NCBI RefSeq assembly: GCF_001194135.2
Contig: NC_068998.1
Span: 34,042,117-34,099,524 of the forward strand
Direction of reading: 5' to 3'
Source of the DNA: Octopus bimaculoides
Taxonomy: Eukaryota
Length of the DNA: 57,408 nt
Part shown: positions 35,241 through 47,886 of the stretch, piece after piece
Layout: each line of letters opens with the position of its first letter
How positions within the stretch are numbered: the stretch's first letter is position 1
Program-made: the position numbers and the translations under genes
The notes under the pieces: model-generated
What the model was told of the DNA's origin: nothing
The model's input: only the letters and a program-made list of their open reading frames with translations
Database searches by the model: none

Positions 35241-37766
35241 CTGTAAAAGTTTCTTTCCATCTTTCTACCATTTCAAAATATCCTCCCTGTATCAGGCCTC
35301 ACCCCTTCCCATCCTTGACTGTTTTGCTTGGAAATTCCAATAAGATTTTTTCTTTTTGTTTTATGGCACTATACGCTTTTCAAGAGTTATTATGGTAGTG
35401 ACCCTCTTCTACCCTCTATATTGTCCCTCCAGCCATGAGGTTCTGCCCTCCTTGGCTTGGCATTAACATACTCTGTAAATCTCTTTGTCTGTTTGAATTT
35501 CTGATCATTCATCTCCTCTGAAGAATAATGTGCAGCTAGATAGACAGAAAATGACATTGATAAAGATGAAGATTGAAAAATAACATCAATGACCAAACAA
35601 AGAAGATCCTATTTGAATGTATGGCTGTTGCACAAAACTGCAGAGTATAGAAATTAGTGGTGGTTGTGTCTAAGGTCCCTAATCCTTGTCCATGGTGTTG
35701 GTATATTCATTCATTCATTCATTTAATATTTAGAAAGTTCACAGAGGAGAAACATTTCTAAATGTGTCTATTTTCATCAATTTCTCTGATGTATATTCCA
35801 ATGTTTAACTTTTTTGAAGTGGTCTAAAGTCTTCTTTGGTTTTACTACTGAATCATGTATATCATTATACAATATATGTTTCATGTTCACTTCTGGAAGT
35901 AATACAAGAGGTGAACTTTAGAAATAACAGCAAATCTTTATTCCTATATAAAGTAGTACAGTGGATCAAGAAAGAAACCTCATGATTTCTGGTGGTTGTA
36001 GTTCATTCATCATTGGGATAATTCAACTTTGGTTGTCATTGGTTACAAGTGCTCCATAATATTAATTTTGCTCTGGAGAATAACAGCAGGAAATCAACAT
36101 AGCTTGCCTTCAAGAAAATCACTCACTCCTCTTCTCATGGATAAATTCTCACAGTAATTTATAGAAAAAAGAGGAGGCTCCAGAGCACATACAGATTAGT
36201 TGTTTGAGAATATACTATGTGCAACATGATTGGACCTTTGATCCAAATCCTGCACAATACTCAGCCAATGTTCAAAGCTCACATGATAGGTAAAACGACC
36301 AATCATTACAGGTTAATGCATTGAGCCTATATCAGTTTAATGTATTCAATACACCATAACAGAATTGGTTTCACTACAGACTACTTGATGAACTAATTCC
36401 TCATTGTGTTTGTATGTCAGTGGCAGAATATTCCACATACATGTATATCCTTATTAAATTTTTTAGGGTGAATCATCATGACATTCTGTGGAACAAAATA
36501 ATGATAGGGATTATTATTATAAAATATTGATGGGATTCCATTATTATGAAGTAAATTCTTAACCATTCCTCCATACATGCATGTTCACACACACACACAT
36601 ACACACACACAAACATGGGGCTGAGTATGAATATTTATTCTAAGCCCTATTGCTTTGTTTGGTCTTTGTTTGGGTTGCATCGTCATCTGATATATTTCTA
36701 TTTAGCACCGTATCATAATGTTCAAGAAGGTGGTGATGGTGGTGAAAGAGGAGGTGGGGATGGGACAGTGACGATGGGGGTGATTCCACCTTGTTGTTTT
36801 GTTGTGTCTATAAAACTCATATCTATGTATCTGAACAAAGGCATACAGTAATGGATATTTATTCTAAATCTCCGATAAATTCCTTCAATAGCTATTTCAT
36901 CTAAATCTTGGATAAACCATCATTACATGTTAGTTGTTGTCTTTCTCTTTTTTTCCTGCTTTTCTTCCCAGTTTTTTTTTTTTTTTTTCAATGTGACCAA
37001 TTTATAAAAGATATCTGTAGAAGTTCTGCTTCAACAAGACTTCAGTGCATTCAATTTTGTTTATGGTTGTCATTTTTGTTGTTGTTGTTGATGTACTTGT
37101 TTTCCTTATCAGGTTTCTCATAATTTTTTTTTTATTTTCACCAAAATATATCTGGAAGAGTTATATCTACTATTTCCCTTCTTGGTTTTTTTCTATTTTA
37201 GTTTGTATTTTTCCCCCTCTTCACTTATCTTTATTGTTGTTGTTATTGATAATATCTATATTATAATTCACGCTATTTTGCAGTATATTGTGTATGTCTT
37301 ATTGCATCATCTATCTCAGCTCCATGTGCTGCGGGTGTATACAGTTTTGCTCAAACTTTGTTTTCATGTGTGCGTTAACACACACACACACACATACACG
37401 CACACATATTGTTTCTTTTTTTATGCATATCTTTATTATGTATTTTACTAGTATGGTTAGAAGTTTCTTCTGTGTACTGTGTATGACTGCACCATTCATA
37501 TTTTGGTATGTGTCATTAGGGTAATCTTGACATAATGTGCCTATTTCTGTGTATCTTTATTATTATCTGCTACTGTTAGTAATGTTCTGAATTTGTTCCA
37601 TCAACCATCAACTTTATATTGCAGATATTTTCCAGTCTAAGTTATATGTATTTTACAGCCTTTTTATTTATTCATTTTCAGTATTCTGTGATAGATATTT
37701 TCCCCCAGTGGGATTGTACCATCTATTAGCATGTATCATCATCATCATCATCATCATCATAATAAT

Positions 37767-37812
37767 TGCGCTCGGTAGTGAAGTGAATGCACGTTATAAA
37801 AATAAAAGTATG

Positions 37813-37849
<37 letters not shown>
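37767..37849 (+). mobile_element. Ultra-short 3' tip of R4/Dong-like subfamily 1
   Basis: GCGCTCGGTAGTGAAGTGAATGCACGTTATAAAAATAAAA matches the last 45 nt or so of the 3' UTR at about 25775-25822; (CAT/TAA)n upstream and (TAA)n downstream. Confidence 0.8.
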
Positions 37850-37851
<2 letters not shown>

Positions 37852-38267
37852 CAAAAACAAAAACAACAGTATGTGGGCAAGTCTTCTGTCCTGAATAAGA
37901 AGTAAATTGAAAAAGGAAAGAAGGAAAACAGGAGAGCTGTGGAGAGCAGTAGAGAGATGCAATGAAATCAGTGATGTTGAAGACTACAACTGCTGTATCC
38001 ACAGTACCACCAGTCATAGCTCCAAGAGTAGCCTGGGTGGAGTCTCCTAATTTTCAGTGATACCAGCACCAGGGATTTATGAGGTTGGGTACCATGAAGC
38101 CAAGGCTGTCTCTTCTTCCAGCACAGTACGTACTTTTACCTAATTGTCTTGCAATAATGGGCAAGAAATGCAGCCAAGAGTAGAGTGGGAAAAGTTCTAA
38201 TTATATATATTCAAAAAAAACTTTACCTATGTTTTTTTTTACCCTTGCAATATTTACACATTGTAGT

Positions 38268-38412
38268 ATGGCTAGCTGGCAGAATCATTAGCATGCCAAG
38301 CAAAATGCTTTTGTCTGTCTTTATTGTCTGAGTTCAAATTCTGCTGAGGTCGATTTTGCTTTTCACTTTTTCAGTGTTGATAAAATAAGTACCAGTTGAA
38401 CACTGGGGTCAA
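38268..38412 (+). mobile_element. SINE family C, 5' part
   Basis: GCTGGCAGAATCATTAGCATGCC...CTGAGTTCAAATTCTGCTGAGGTCGATTTTGC...TTGATAAAATAAGTACCAGTTGAACACTGGGGTC. Confidence 0.8.
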
Positions 38413-39859
38413 AATTTGGAATCAGTTTTTAAACATTGCAAGATTGTTGTTTTTAAAGTAGCTAGAAGAGGTGTTTGTCACACTGGTGGTAGCACCAACA
38501 AATATAGCCCTAACGATCAATTAAACAGGCAAAAAACTTAGTCACTTCTACATGAACAATAGAAGACATGAAAAGAATCATGTTAGAAAGAAAAGTAGTT
38601 TAAATCTTTAAATGTTTAAAGAAAAGCAGTTTAAATGAAAATATATAAAAAAAAAAATTTTTTAAAATTAAAATGGACAGCGTCATCAACAACAAACCAA
38701 CTCTCTACAATCATTTTCTAACAGAGTAGAAAAAAAGAGAGCAACTAGATTTGAGCAAGATCAAGGAAAAGAAAAAGAAGTGTATAAAGCATATCACAAT
38801 ATAGAGTACAGGCATGTATCATTGTTTTTTTATCAAAACAAAGAAGCTTTCATATTTTCTCGAATGTAGAGTCAGAGAAAGCTCTCATAGATGTGTTTTA
38901 CATCAGCCATGAAGCACATATAGAAATGTACCTAAAGTTTTTCTTTTTTAACCAAGGCCAAAATAAGAGGATAGGTGAAATTGTTGCGTCACATGCCTGC
39001 TATTGTGACTAAGAAATTCCAGAATTACAATCAGAGACAGCATAAATTCCAGTCCTTGACTTATCAACTTAGTGCAAACGATATACAAATAGTGAGTACA
39101 ACAGTGATCTGCATCAATTTATGTTAAGGTGGGGTTGTCTGTATGGCATCCACCTCCTGTTGACCCTTGAAGACCACTTAGCTATCTTGGTACTGTAACC
39201 CACCAATGGAGTAACAGCTAGGTCAGGAAGACTATTGATGTAGAGCAGAAGACCCAGTACTAGAGAGAAAGAAAGAGAGAGAGAGAGTGCATGTGTGCGT
39301 GTGCATGCATGCACATATGTGTAAAGAAAGAACATGCCTAATTTGGTTTATTAGGTCACTGGGGCACAGCTAAATCGTATGTCTTTATGTAACTTTGTGA
39401 CAGCCATTCATTGTAAGATACGTGCTTATAGAATATATGTGTACCAATAGATATCACATAAAATGGATCAAATACATTTCCATAATGAACTTTTCACATA
39501 CTTAAAATTGTATGGAATTGGTCAACCATTATGTCTTTCAAAACCAATAATACCTCAGGTTGCCATTAATAATATGTGCTATTCTATAAGATAAATAATC
39601 TGTAGAATCTTAGGAGACCTCCTGAACAAGTCATAAAAATTCGTTTGCCACCCGACCATTACACAAAAATCACTCAATTTTGTGAATATTTATTTGATAA
39701 CAAACTATTAGTTGGTTATAACAAGAACATTTAGTGCATGTAGTAGTTGAAGTAAAATGCTTCATACTAAAATCAAAATTAGATCACAGACTGAGCTCAG
39801 TGAGAACTTAACACTTTGTGGTATTTACACTAGTCAACAAGAGAGCCTTTTCATAGGTG

Positions 39860-40065
39860 CTTCACTTGCTAGAAATAGTGACTAAAGCTCGCTTAAATTA
39901 CTCCCTTCTGTCTTAAAAATATAAGAATTTGTTAGATAATTTTAGTCCTAGATATACTCGGCTTGAAAAAAAGGGAAAAAGACAGAATAGTCAGAGTTTG
40001 AATACCTATGACACCACAAGTTATTTCACTCAGAGCTGAGCTGGAGTTTGAGAATCACAACTTAT
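39860..40065 (+). repeat. Dispersed repeat family F, degraded
   Basis: CTTGCTAGAAATAGTGACTAAAGCTC...TCTGTCTTAAAAA...TAGTCCTAGATATAC; inverted relatives at about 43790-43900, 45340-45440 and 48205-48360. Confidence 0.45.
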
Positions 40066-40379
40066 GAATTCACATGCATTATATGGTGTCACTGTATCTA
40101 TATGAAGATATTTTCCTTTTGAAAAAATGTTTGTAATTTTAAAAAAATCTTTATAGGTGTATTTTAAATGTTTAAACTAGAAGTTATCAGTTTTGAAACT
40201 GAACTGGAGATCACATTTCCCATAGAAAGTAAAAAAACACTGGTAAATTTCACTTGAAAACTTTTAAAAGAAGTTTAAAGTTAAAACATTAGAAAAAGTT
40301 GAGAACTGTTTCTTCCATTGTTTTTCAAGATACTCAGGTATTAGCTGGGATTTTCTAAAGCTTTAGATTATATTTGCTA

Positions 40380-41130
40380 TTCTTTTTCTGTTCTCTCTTT
40401 TGCTGGTATATTTACTTTCCTTAAATATATACATGGCCAGGTATTCAAATAATCGAGAGTTGTTTATTATTTTATAACAAATAATTATTTATTATCAGAA
40501 AAACACATACTCAGTTTCTTTAATCCAATTTCTTTTTTTTTTTTATTGAAATAGTTGAAGGTTTGATAAACTATCAGTAAGAAAATACTTTTTACATGGT
40601 ATCTATTTGAGAGAATCCAATGATATTATCATTCTCCACCACAGTGCATCAAATGTTATAAAATCATAATGTAATCTGAAGCTCAAATTTGTATTATTAC
40701 TTTGAAAGGTTTAAATAGTCCCACACCCAATCTTGTTATCTGAATGTAATCCATCTGTATAACTGATCCACTTGTTAAGACAGCTCATTGTATAATGCTG
40801 TGGTATTGTTTTGTTTCTTCTGTGGTATTGATTTATATTCATTATTTTTCAAATTCTTTTAACCATGGAGGCAGCCAAATATCATACTGCTTTCTTTTCT
40901 GTTTAAACTGATCAGTTAACAATTTATGCTTTCTAGATTCTTCTGTTAACATTTCAGTAGGGGTCAACTCTGCTTCATGTAAAAATAACTGTTTTGGTAA
41001 ACAACCCAATAGAGTTTTTCTTATTTGAGTACATGTTTTTATAACTTGAAGAGTGATGGTGCTCATATCTCCCCTTAATTGAGTATTGATAACTCTCTTG
41101 TTATACAACCTCAAGTGTTTATAATTAGAC
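40380..41130 (-). mobile_element. Decayed LINE with RNase H domain (I-group-like)
   Basis: Minus-strand motifs in RNase H order: YTDGLHSDNKIGCG (40720-40761), FLTDSLSNLQ (40564-40584), *IPGHVYI*GK (40430-40447, compare WIPGHVGIxGNE). Confidence 0.65.
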
Positions 41131-43299
41131 AATGGTATTTTTGTCTATATAACTTTAATAATGTTGTCATCTTGAGGTCATTTTTCTCTCCATTAAAAAC
41201 TAGAAATGAGAGTCCCATTTCAAATCAGGTTAAAACCAAATCCTGAGAATCTTTTAGTTTACTTTTTTTCCTGCGATTTTGATTGCTAGTTCATTAAACA
41301 TGTTTTAAGACATTAATAATTGATATATTTTGGTTTATAGATATGTATCAGTTTTGTTTTATAGGGATCATATTGTTGACCAATTTTCGTTTGCTCTTTT
41401 ATATGTTAATAGGATTATACCCTTCCAAAGTGTTAAGGTTTTATCCTTAGAGTGTATATTTATATTTACACAATACATTCCAGTCAATTTGATTGTGGAT
41501 TATCTTCAGGTGTCCATTGTTCCAGGCTTGATTCAAAGTAACTTTTATTCCTTAACTGCATACTCATTCAAGAATAAGACACCTGGTAACAAGTGAGATC
41601 TAACTGATCAAAACATTGTAGATGTGATCATTGTAATTACATACCCTAAAGATGCAATGAATTGACATTTTCTTTTCTTTATATATCTTTAAAAGTTTGC
41701 TAAAGTCTATAAAGTGAGACAAATATGAGTTTATGCATCACAAAATGATGTTATGGTTTAACAGATTTTGAAATACATTTATTGAATATTTGGCAACTAC
41801 ATTTTCACATGAAACCATGCAGAAACCATTCACATACTTTTACAGCAGACTATTCTTAATAAACACGTATCTATTTGTGGAGTGAATCTCATTCGGTTTA
41901 CAATGAAATGAGTCTGATTTTCAGTATAGTAATTGATAACTCTATACAAACTCATTTTGTTGATCATGAAGGCAAATCTAACCTCAATGTAATTTGAACA
42001 CGGATTAATTTTGAGGTATGAATATGGTCTTGTGGAGCATTTATTTACTTAGGCTTTCACAGCACCAACTTTACTATACAATCAGTGAAGATATATCCTT
42101 AAATTATAGGTAACATGTTATAACAGTATTTTCATATGAAAAATTGCTTTGTATTCTGATGCATAAATATTATACGTGGATATGGATGTTATTTCTTTTT
42201 TCTTTTCTTTTTCATATCTCCCCCACTGGAAATAACCAATTTTAGGTAAGTAGATGAACATCTTTTCAAATATGATATTGTCTTCCATTACATCACAATA
42301 TTCTTTGCTGCATCATAAACTTATTACTTTTTATCAATTTGTTGGTTATTGTTATATGATATCTAAAATTTGATAAAGAATGTATTAGGCCAATATTATA
42401 TGATGTATCATTCCTGTTCACAACATGTATCATTCATTGTTATAAATTATTTCATTCATTATTTCCAACAATATCATAATAACACTATTAACATGTTATT
42501 GAAAAACATATAGCTATGGTACTGAATGTACATCATTTAAAATTTTTTGTATTATTTCTTATTGAAATTATTTAGGCATATTTGTTCAGGCACTTAAAAT
42601 AATTCTTTATTCATCACAAAGATTTGCTACCATTTTTTTTTTTTTTTGTATATAAAGCAATAACTACTGCTAGAACATATTTAGCAAAATACACCACCTT
42701 ACATAATAAACTTATTTCATCAATATTATCTCTATGAGACTTTTAGAAATAACATTTTACCCACTTTTTTCAAATATTTGCTAAAATAATCTCAATAATT
42801 ACATTTATGTGCTTTGTATAAGACATGATGCCTGAAAGGCTAAGATACTGGACAACTGGCCATGCTGTTGTAAATTCAAATCTTATTAATGCAACAAAAG
42901 AAAATAACTAAAATCTAAGGAATCTAATGATGGCATGCATTGGAAACAAATACTAAAGAAAATGGTTGGGAAAGGTAAAAATTAGATGAATGCAGCTTGT
43001 AAAATAAACTTGTGTACTGCAAGGAGACATATTTTGAAGGGGATCCTTTTTCTGAATTCTCTTCATCTCATAAAAACCCTTAAAATTTAACCTGTTTTAT
43101 GAATTTCATTTACTAGAGCAGCAATTTTTAATCTGTGATTATGCTTATGTATAATTAGTAATTATTCTTAATCACTGATTTAATTCAATTTTGACTGACT
43201 GATATAAACAACTTTCACTTGTACTTCATTGTTCAAGGATTTATGATTGATTTAGTATTTAATGAAGCTTATCCAGCAGAAATGATAAATGGGATAATA

Positions 43300-43520
43300 A
43301 TATGTAAACATCCACTTAAGTTGGAAGATAAACATTGGTGCAAAATAGCAAAGGAAAGAAATGTCCGGCAAACTATCTGTATTGAAGTGCCTAGAGAACA
43401 TAAAATGAATAACCAAGATAATTAAATGTGATTTGGGCACATCTAGAGATGATTCATGGAAATTGCTAAGCTGAGAGTATACAAAGCATATGATAACTTG
43501 ATGTGTGAGTTGTTCGAGTG
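43300..43520 (+). mobile_element. Possible very old RTE-like LINE 3' remnant
   Basis: KIAKERNVRQTICIEV...*FGHI*R resembles the RLxWFGHVxR tail of RTE ORF2; weak. Confidence 0.3.
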
Positions 43521-46500
43521 TCGAGGGTTTATGATGTCATTTTGATCTCTTGTAACACAAAGTTTCTGTATTTTGGTATTGTTGATGTGACTAGGGTGAT
43601 ACCGGAAAATGTAATTAGTGTAGGTAATATGAAGCATAAAGGCTTTGAAATTAGTGTCAGGCAGTAATTTAAGTTCACAGTTGTCGGAGTGTAGAGTTTA
43701 CTTATTTCTCTTGTTTAACCCCAAGTTAGCTATGATCATGCAAGCCTATGTTCATAGTTGTTCCACTTATGATGAACCTGTCATTTGTATATCTCGAACA
43801 ACATAATTATTTCTGTTTTTTATAAGGATCTAATCTGAGAGGGATTTCGCTGCTAGTTCTAGCAAGTCAAATAACTGCATTAGGGATTCCTTATTTGATT
43901 TAGGCAGTAAATGAGTATGGCCAGTAACAAATGAAAAAGCTTAATACAGTAGGTTTTATTTTAGCACAAAATATAGGAAAGCTTTCTTCACAACCATACA
44001 GTTATAAAATAACCAAACTTACATTTTGAAGGCTAGGTATCCTCTTATGAGTATATCTGCAGGTATGCACATCTATATCATAATCAGGAGAAATTTGTGT
44101 TCTAGTAAGTCACACAAATTACTAAACTCTTCTTCACATTCATGTGTTCATCAAGCTCTAATGACAATACTTCTTCCTTTAACTGTAGATATTTGATGGC
44201 TAAAGCGTCCTCTGGTGGTGGGGGTGAAGGTGGTAATAGGAGAATTTCTACTCATTCTTTTCAACTGTCTTTTCTATCTCCAGTATCTAAAATTTGTCTC
44301 CACACAGCTGCTGCAAAATAATGCAGTAAACAATAACATCCTCAAGATTTTCAGGTGTGATTTTTGTACTCCTTCAGAATGCTCTTCATTTGATTTGTAT
44401 AGTCCTTCTTTGACTCTGCAGCTGAACGTTGATCATAGTATAGCCAGTTGATACTATTCTGTAGGGAACCAACATGAGAACATCTTTATTATGTGCTGAT
44501 GCTGGGTGATTATGGTCTCAACACATTAACAGTCTTCATAGGTATTTTAGTATGAAATGCTGGAGACAAAAGCTCTGGCAGCACTCCATAAGCTTTATGT
44601 GATGACTGCAGGTGCTATCAAGGAGAGTGATGATACAGTCCACTTAGTATTTGATAACTGCTGTGGGAGAATGAAGGCTCTTATTTTGTACGACTGTGTT
44701 GATATCGCTCAAAGGCTACTAATTTCAATATATAAAAATGCAAGTTTACTCAATACTTAGATATCAGTGAATGTTTATTAGGTGAAAATATTGGAAAGTC
44801 CTTATATTTAGTAAACATTTCCACTTGCCTCTGTATTTTGTCTCACAAAAGTCATAGAATATTTTACTCAACCAACCACAATTTTATATTCCATGTAATA
44901 TGTAATTACCAACATTTACCACTGAAATTCTTACATTATGATATTAGTTAAATTTCAGGAAATATTGCTCTTGCAGTTATGGAAAGCAGAACGTGAATGG
45001 CATACTGTTTCAAATGATTGATTTACAAATTTTTTGCTTTAAAATTCCCAGTCTTTCTGCTCAGCATACTGAGAATATGTTAATCTGTGTTTTAAAGGAT
45101 TCAGAATTCCCTATAAAATTATTATAGGATTTTATATGTGCATAGGAATCCTAAAGGAATAATTTCTCTGAAAGTACTGCCATTTTGAGATGCAGTTTGC
45201 TCTAATATCATAATATCCCTTCAGATTTATTGCTTTTTTCTGCAAGAGATTTAAATTTGTTCTTGTTTTTGTTTAGCTCAAGTTTAATCTTGATGAGCAA
45301 TGTCCCAACCATGACCACTTGTATTATTTTCTGCATAGTATATCTAGGACTATATTGTGCCCTTTTTTCTTAAGATAGTTGGATGTTGTTTGAAGAAGAT
45401 TTGGCTGCTATTTCTTACTACTTAGAAGCCTCTCTGTATCTCATAAAAGTGAAACAAAACTTCAGGGATCATATTTTTCCCAACAGTATTATGACAAGAA
45501 ATGGAAGTAAAATGAATTTTTGACTGTATATAGGAAACAAGACTTAGTTTTGATACAATTCACTTAGTACTTACTCTCCACTATCACAGCCACCAATATC
45601 ACTGGCAACGTCAATGGCAGAAGTATACTGGAAGTATATTTTTAGTCCCCAATAATACATGGAAGAGTTTTATGCCAACACTATCAGCTAACACACTGCA
45701 CCTGCTCAACCGCAATACTGAAAAGTATCTTTTCATTGTAGTTATATTTTATTGATAGTGGAACTTTTATAGCATGAGATATGTAGATACAATACCAGAT
45801 AGAGGACAGAAGTATTAATTTACACAGTTTGAATAGTTATATAAGACCTAAAGAACATCATATCTTATATGCACCAATGACATTTTTGATATGCAAGCCA
45901 TATAACTGACTGTTGAAGTAATAACAGATTCTAAGTCAATCAAACTTATTAGAACAAAAGGGAAATTGATATATTTCTAGTCCTCTTTATCTAGTATTAC
46001 TGTTTAAGACTATACTTTACCATTGAAGAAGTTTAATAAAGCTAAAATATGCCTAGAGTCGTAACCTTACTGACAAGATCAATCTGAGTCACTGCTGTAT
46101 TGCCTTCATAATAATTAGTATATCAAGTTTGCTCCCCTTGTCTTTTTTTGACTGTGAAAAATTAATATTCTGATGATTATTTTTTTCACCACAAATGTAA
46201 TTTGAATCACTAAATAAGACTTTATTCACTACACTAAGTATTTTAGTACTACCTGCCTTTAACAATTCAAGTTTACAATTATATACCAATCTTTAATCCT
46301 CTACAGTTTTTGTTTACTATTAAACACTTTCACTTCACCATTCTCCAGTCATTTACGACAGACAAAATAATGACAGGTATAACAAGTAAATTTAGTTAAA
46401 TGTGTCAACTAATAATGAAAGCTCTATCTGAAACATACTTTACCAAGATATTATCAACATTCTAAGCTATTTACCTAAATGAAAATATGATAGATATATT

Positions 46501-47212
46501 AATTGAATCTTCATGTAATGGATTGCTGGAAAGTTAATCTAATGAAGCCAGTTTTTCTCTGGATTGTTGGAGCTGTTTAGCTTTAGATCAACCCTGAAAG
46601 ATGTTCCAACTTTGACTATTTCCACTTTTCTATGTGTAAATCAGGGAGTATAATGTTCAATATATTCTTTAAAATGTGAAAGTGTAACTTGTGGAAGATG
46701 TTACTGCCATCTCTAGCAGATCTACCAGCCACACAAAGATTTCCTAATTGACTTGTTTCTTCACCATGTTATTTATTATAAATGGAATTTAATGGTGTAA
46801 AGATCAGATGACGTGAATTAACTCATCTGAATGTCATTTGTTTATTGGAAGAATTCAGTTTGCCAAGAGATTATTCCATATTTATGGCTCTTGTGTCAAC
46901 TTAAGTTTACACAATTGTAAATAATCAAATAATCTCATTCAGTAATGGCAAAAATCACAGCTGACTGGGTATATTGTTTGTTAGTCTCTTGGCTGAAAGA
47001 TTGACAATTTGTATCCTATTTATGACTGTGTTGTGTCTCTGACTAAGAATGTTACTGCTCTATATTCTAACAAAATATGATTATAAACAGAATCCTGTGC
47101 AGGTACATCTCTTTGACATAATTGGGCAGTACACCACATACTGACTGGTTTAACAACACCAGGCTTTGAGTACTTTCCTTGGAGTTCATTCTGTTATAAA
47201 ATTCAGACCAGA

Positions 47213-47575
47213 TCTGTCTTTTACATGTTCCAATCGCTGGACTGTAGCCATGCTGGGACACACTGTGAAGTGTTTCTGCCAAGTAAAATCGATCCCAGTA
47301 CTTCTTTTTTTTTAAAGTCTGTTACTTAGTGTATTAATCACTTTTGCTAAACTGCTAAGTTGTTAGTACATAAAGAAACCATCAGATGACAAGCAGGGGA
47401 TGGATAAACACACACACATGCAAACATACAATAGGTTTCCACACAGTTTCTGCCTTCTAAATTCATTCACAAGGCAATGGTTGACCTGGGATTATTGAAG
47501 GCAATTGCTTAAGGTGCTATGCAGTAGGACTGAACCTGAATTCATGTGGCTGCAAGCAAGCTTCTTAAGTGGACA
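47213..47575 (-). mobile_element. tRNA-derived SINE family A, full length, diverged
   Basis: GGACTGAACC (reverse B box) at about 47527, ATTCACAAGGC, GCCATGCTGG and TCTTTTAC tail; colinear with the reverse complement of 451-815. Confidence 0.8.
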
Positions 47576-47618
47576 AAATCATTAGAGTTTTGTGGTAATT
47601 ATTCTGGCTTCTTGTCTT

Positions 47619-47886
47619 CTGAATCCAAATCCCTCCAAGGACAACTTAGTCTTTCATCCTTTCGGGGTCAATATTTCTAGCATTTTAGGTGACAAGTTTG
47701 CAGAATCATTGCACACAGGAAAAAATGCTTTGCAGCATTTCATCCATCTTTACATTCTGAGTTCAAATTTTGCCATGGTTGACTTTGCTTTTACATCCTT
47801 TTGGGATGAGCACTGGGATCAATGTAATTGACTTACCTCTTCTCCCAGAATTACTGGCTTTGTGTCAAAATTTGAAACCAATATTT
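47619..47886 (+). mobile_element. SINE family C: short fragment followed by a second copy
   Basis: CTTTCATCCTTTCGGGGTC at about 47650, then TTTGCAGAATCATT...CTGAGTTCAAATTTTGCCATGGTTGACTTTGC...CACTGGGATCAATGTAATTGAC. Confidence 0.7.

Noticed and set aside
44230-44370. Nuclear mitochondrial insertion suggested by in-frame TGA codons
   Set aside because: The peptide resembles no mitochondrial protein even with TGA read as Trp.
44640-44680. HLVFDNCCGRMK resembling the DNCxGQNK transposase motif
   Set aside because: An isolated short match with no further transposase motifs or TIRs.
46066-46160. Minus-strand exon with a good acceptor (TTTTTCACAG) and donor (GTAAGG)
   Set aside because: All three frames contain stops and there is no supporting context.
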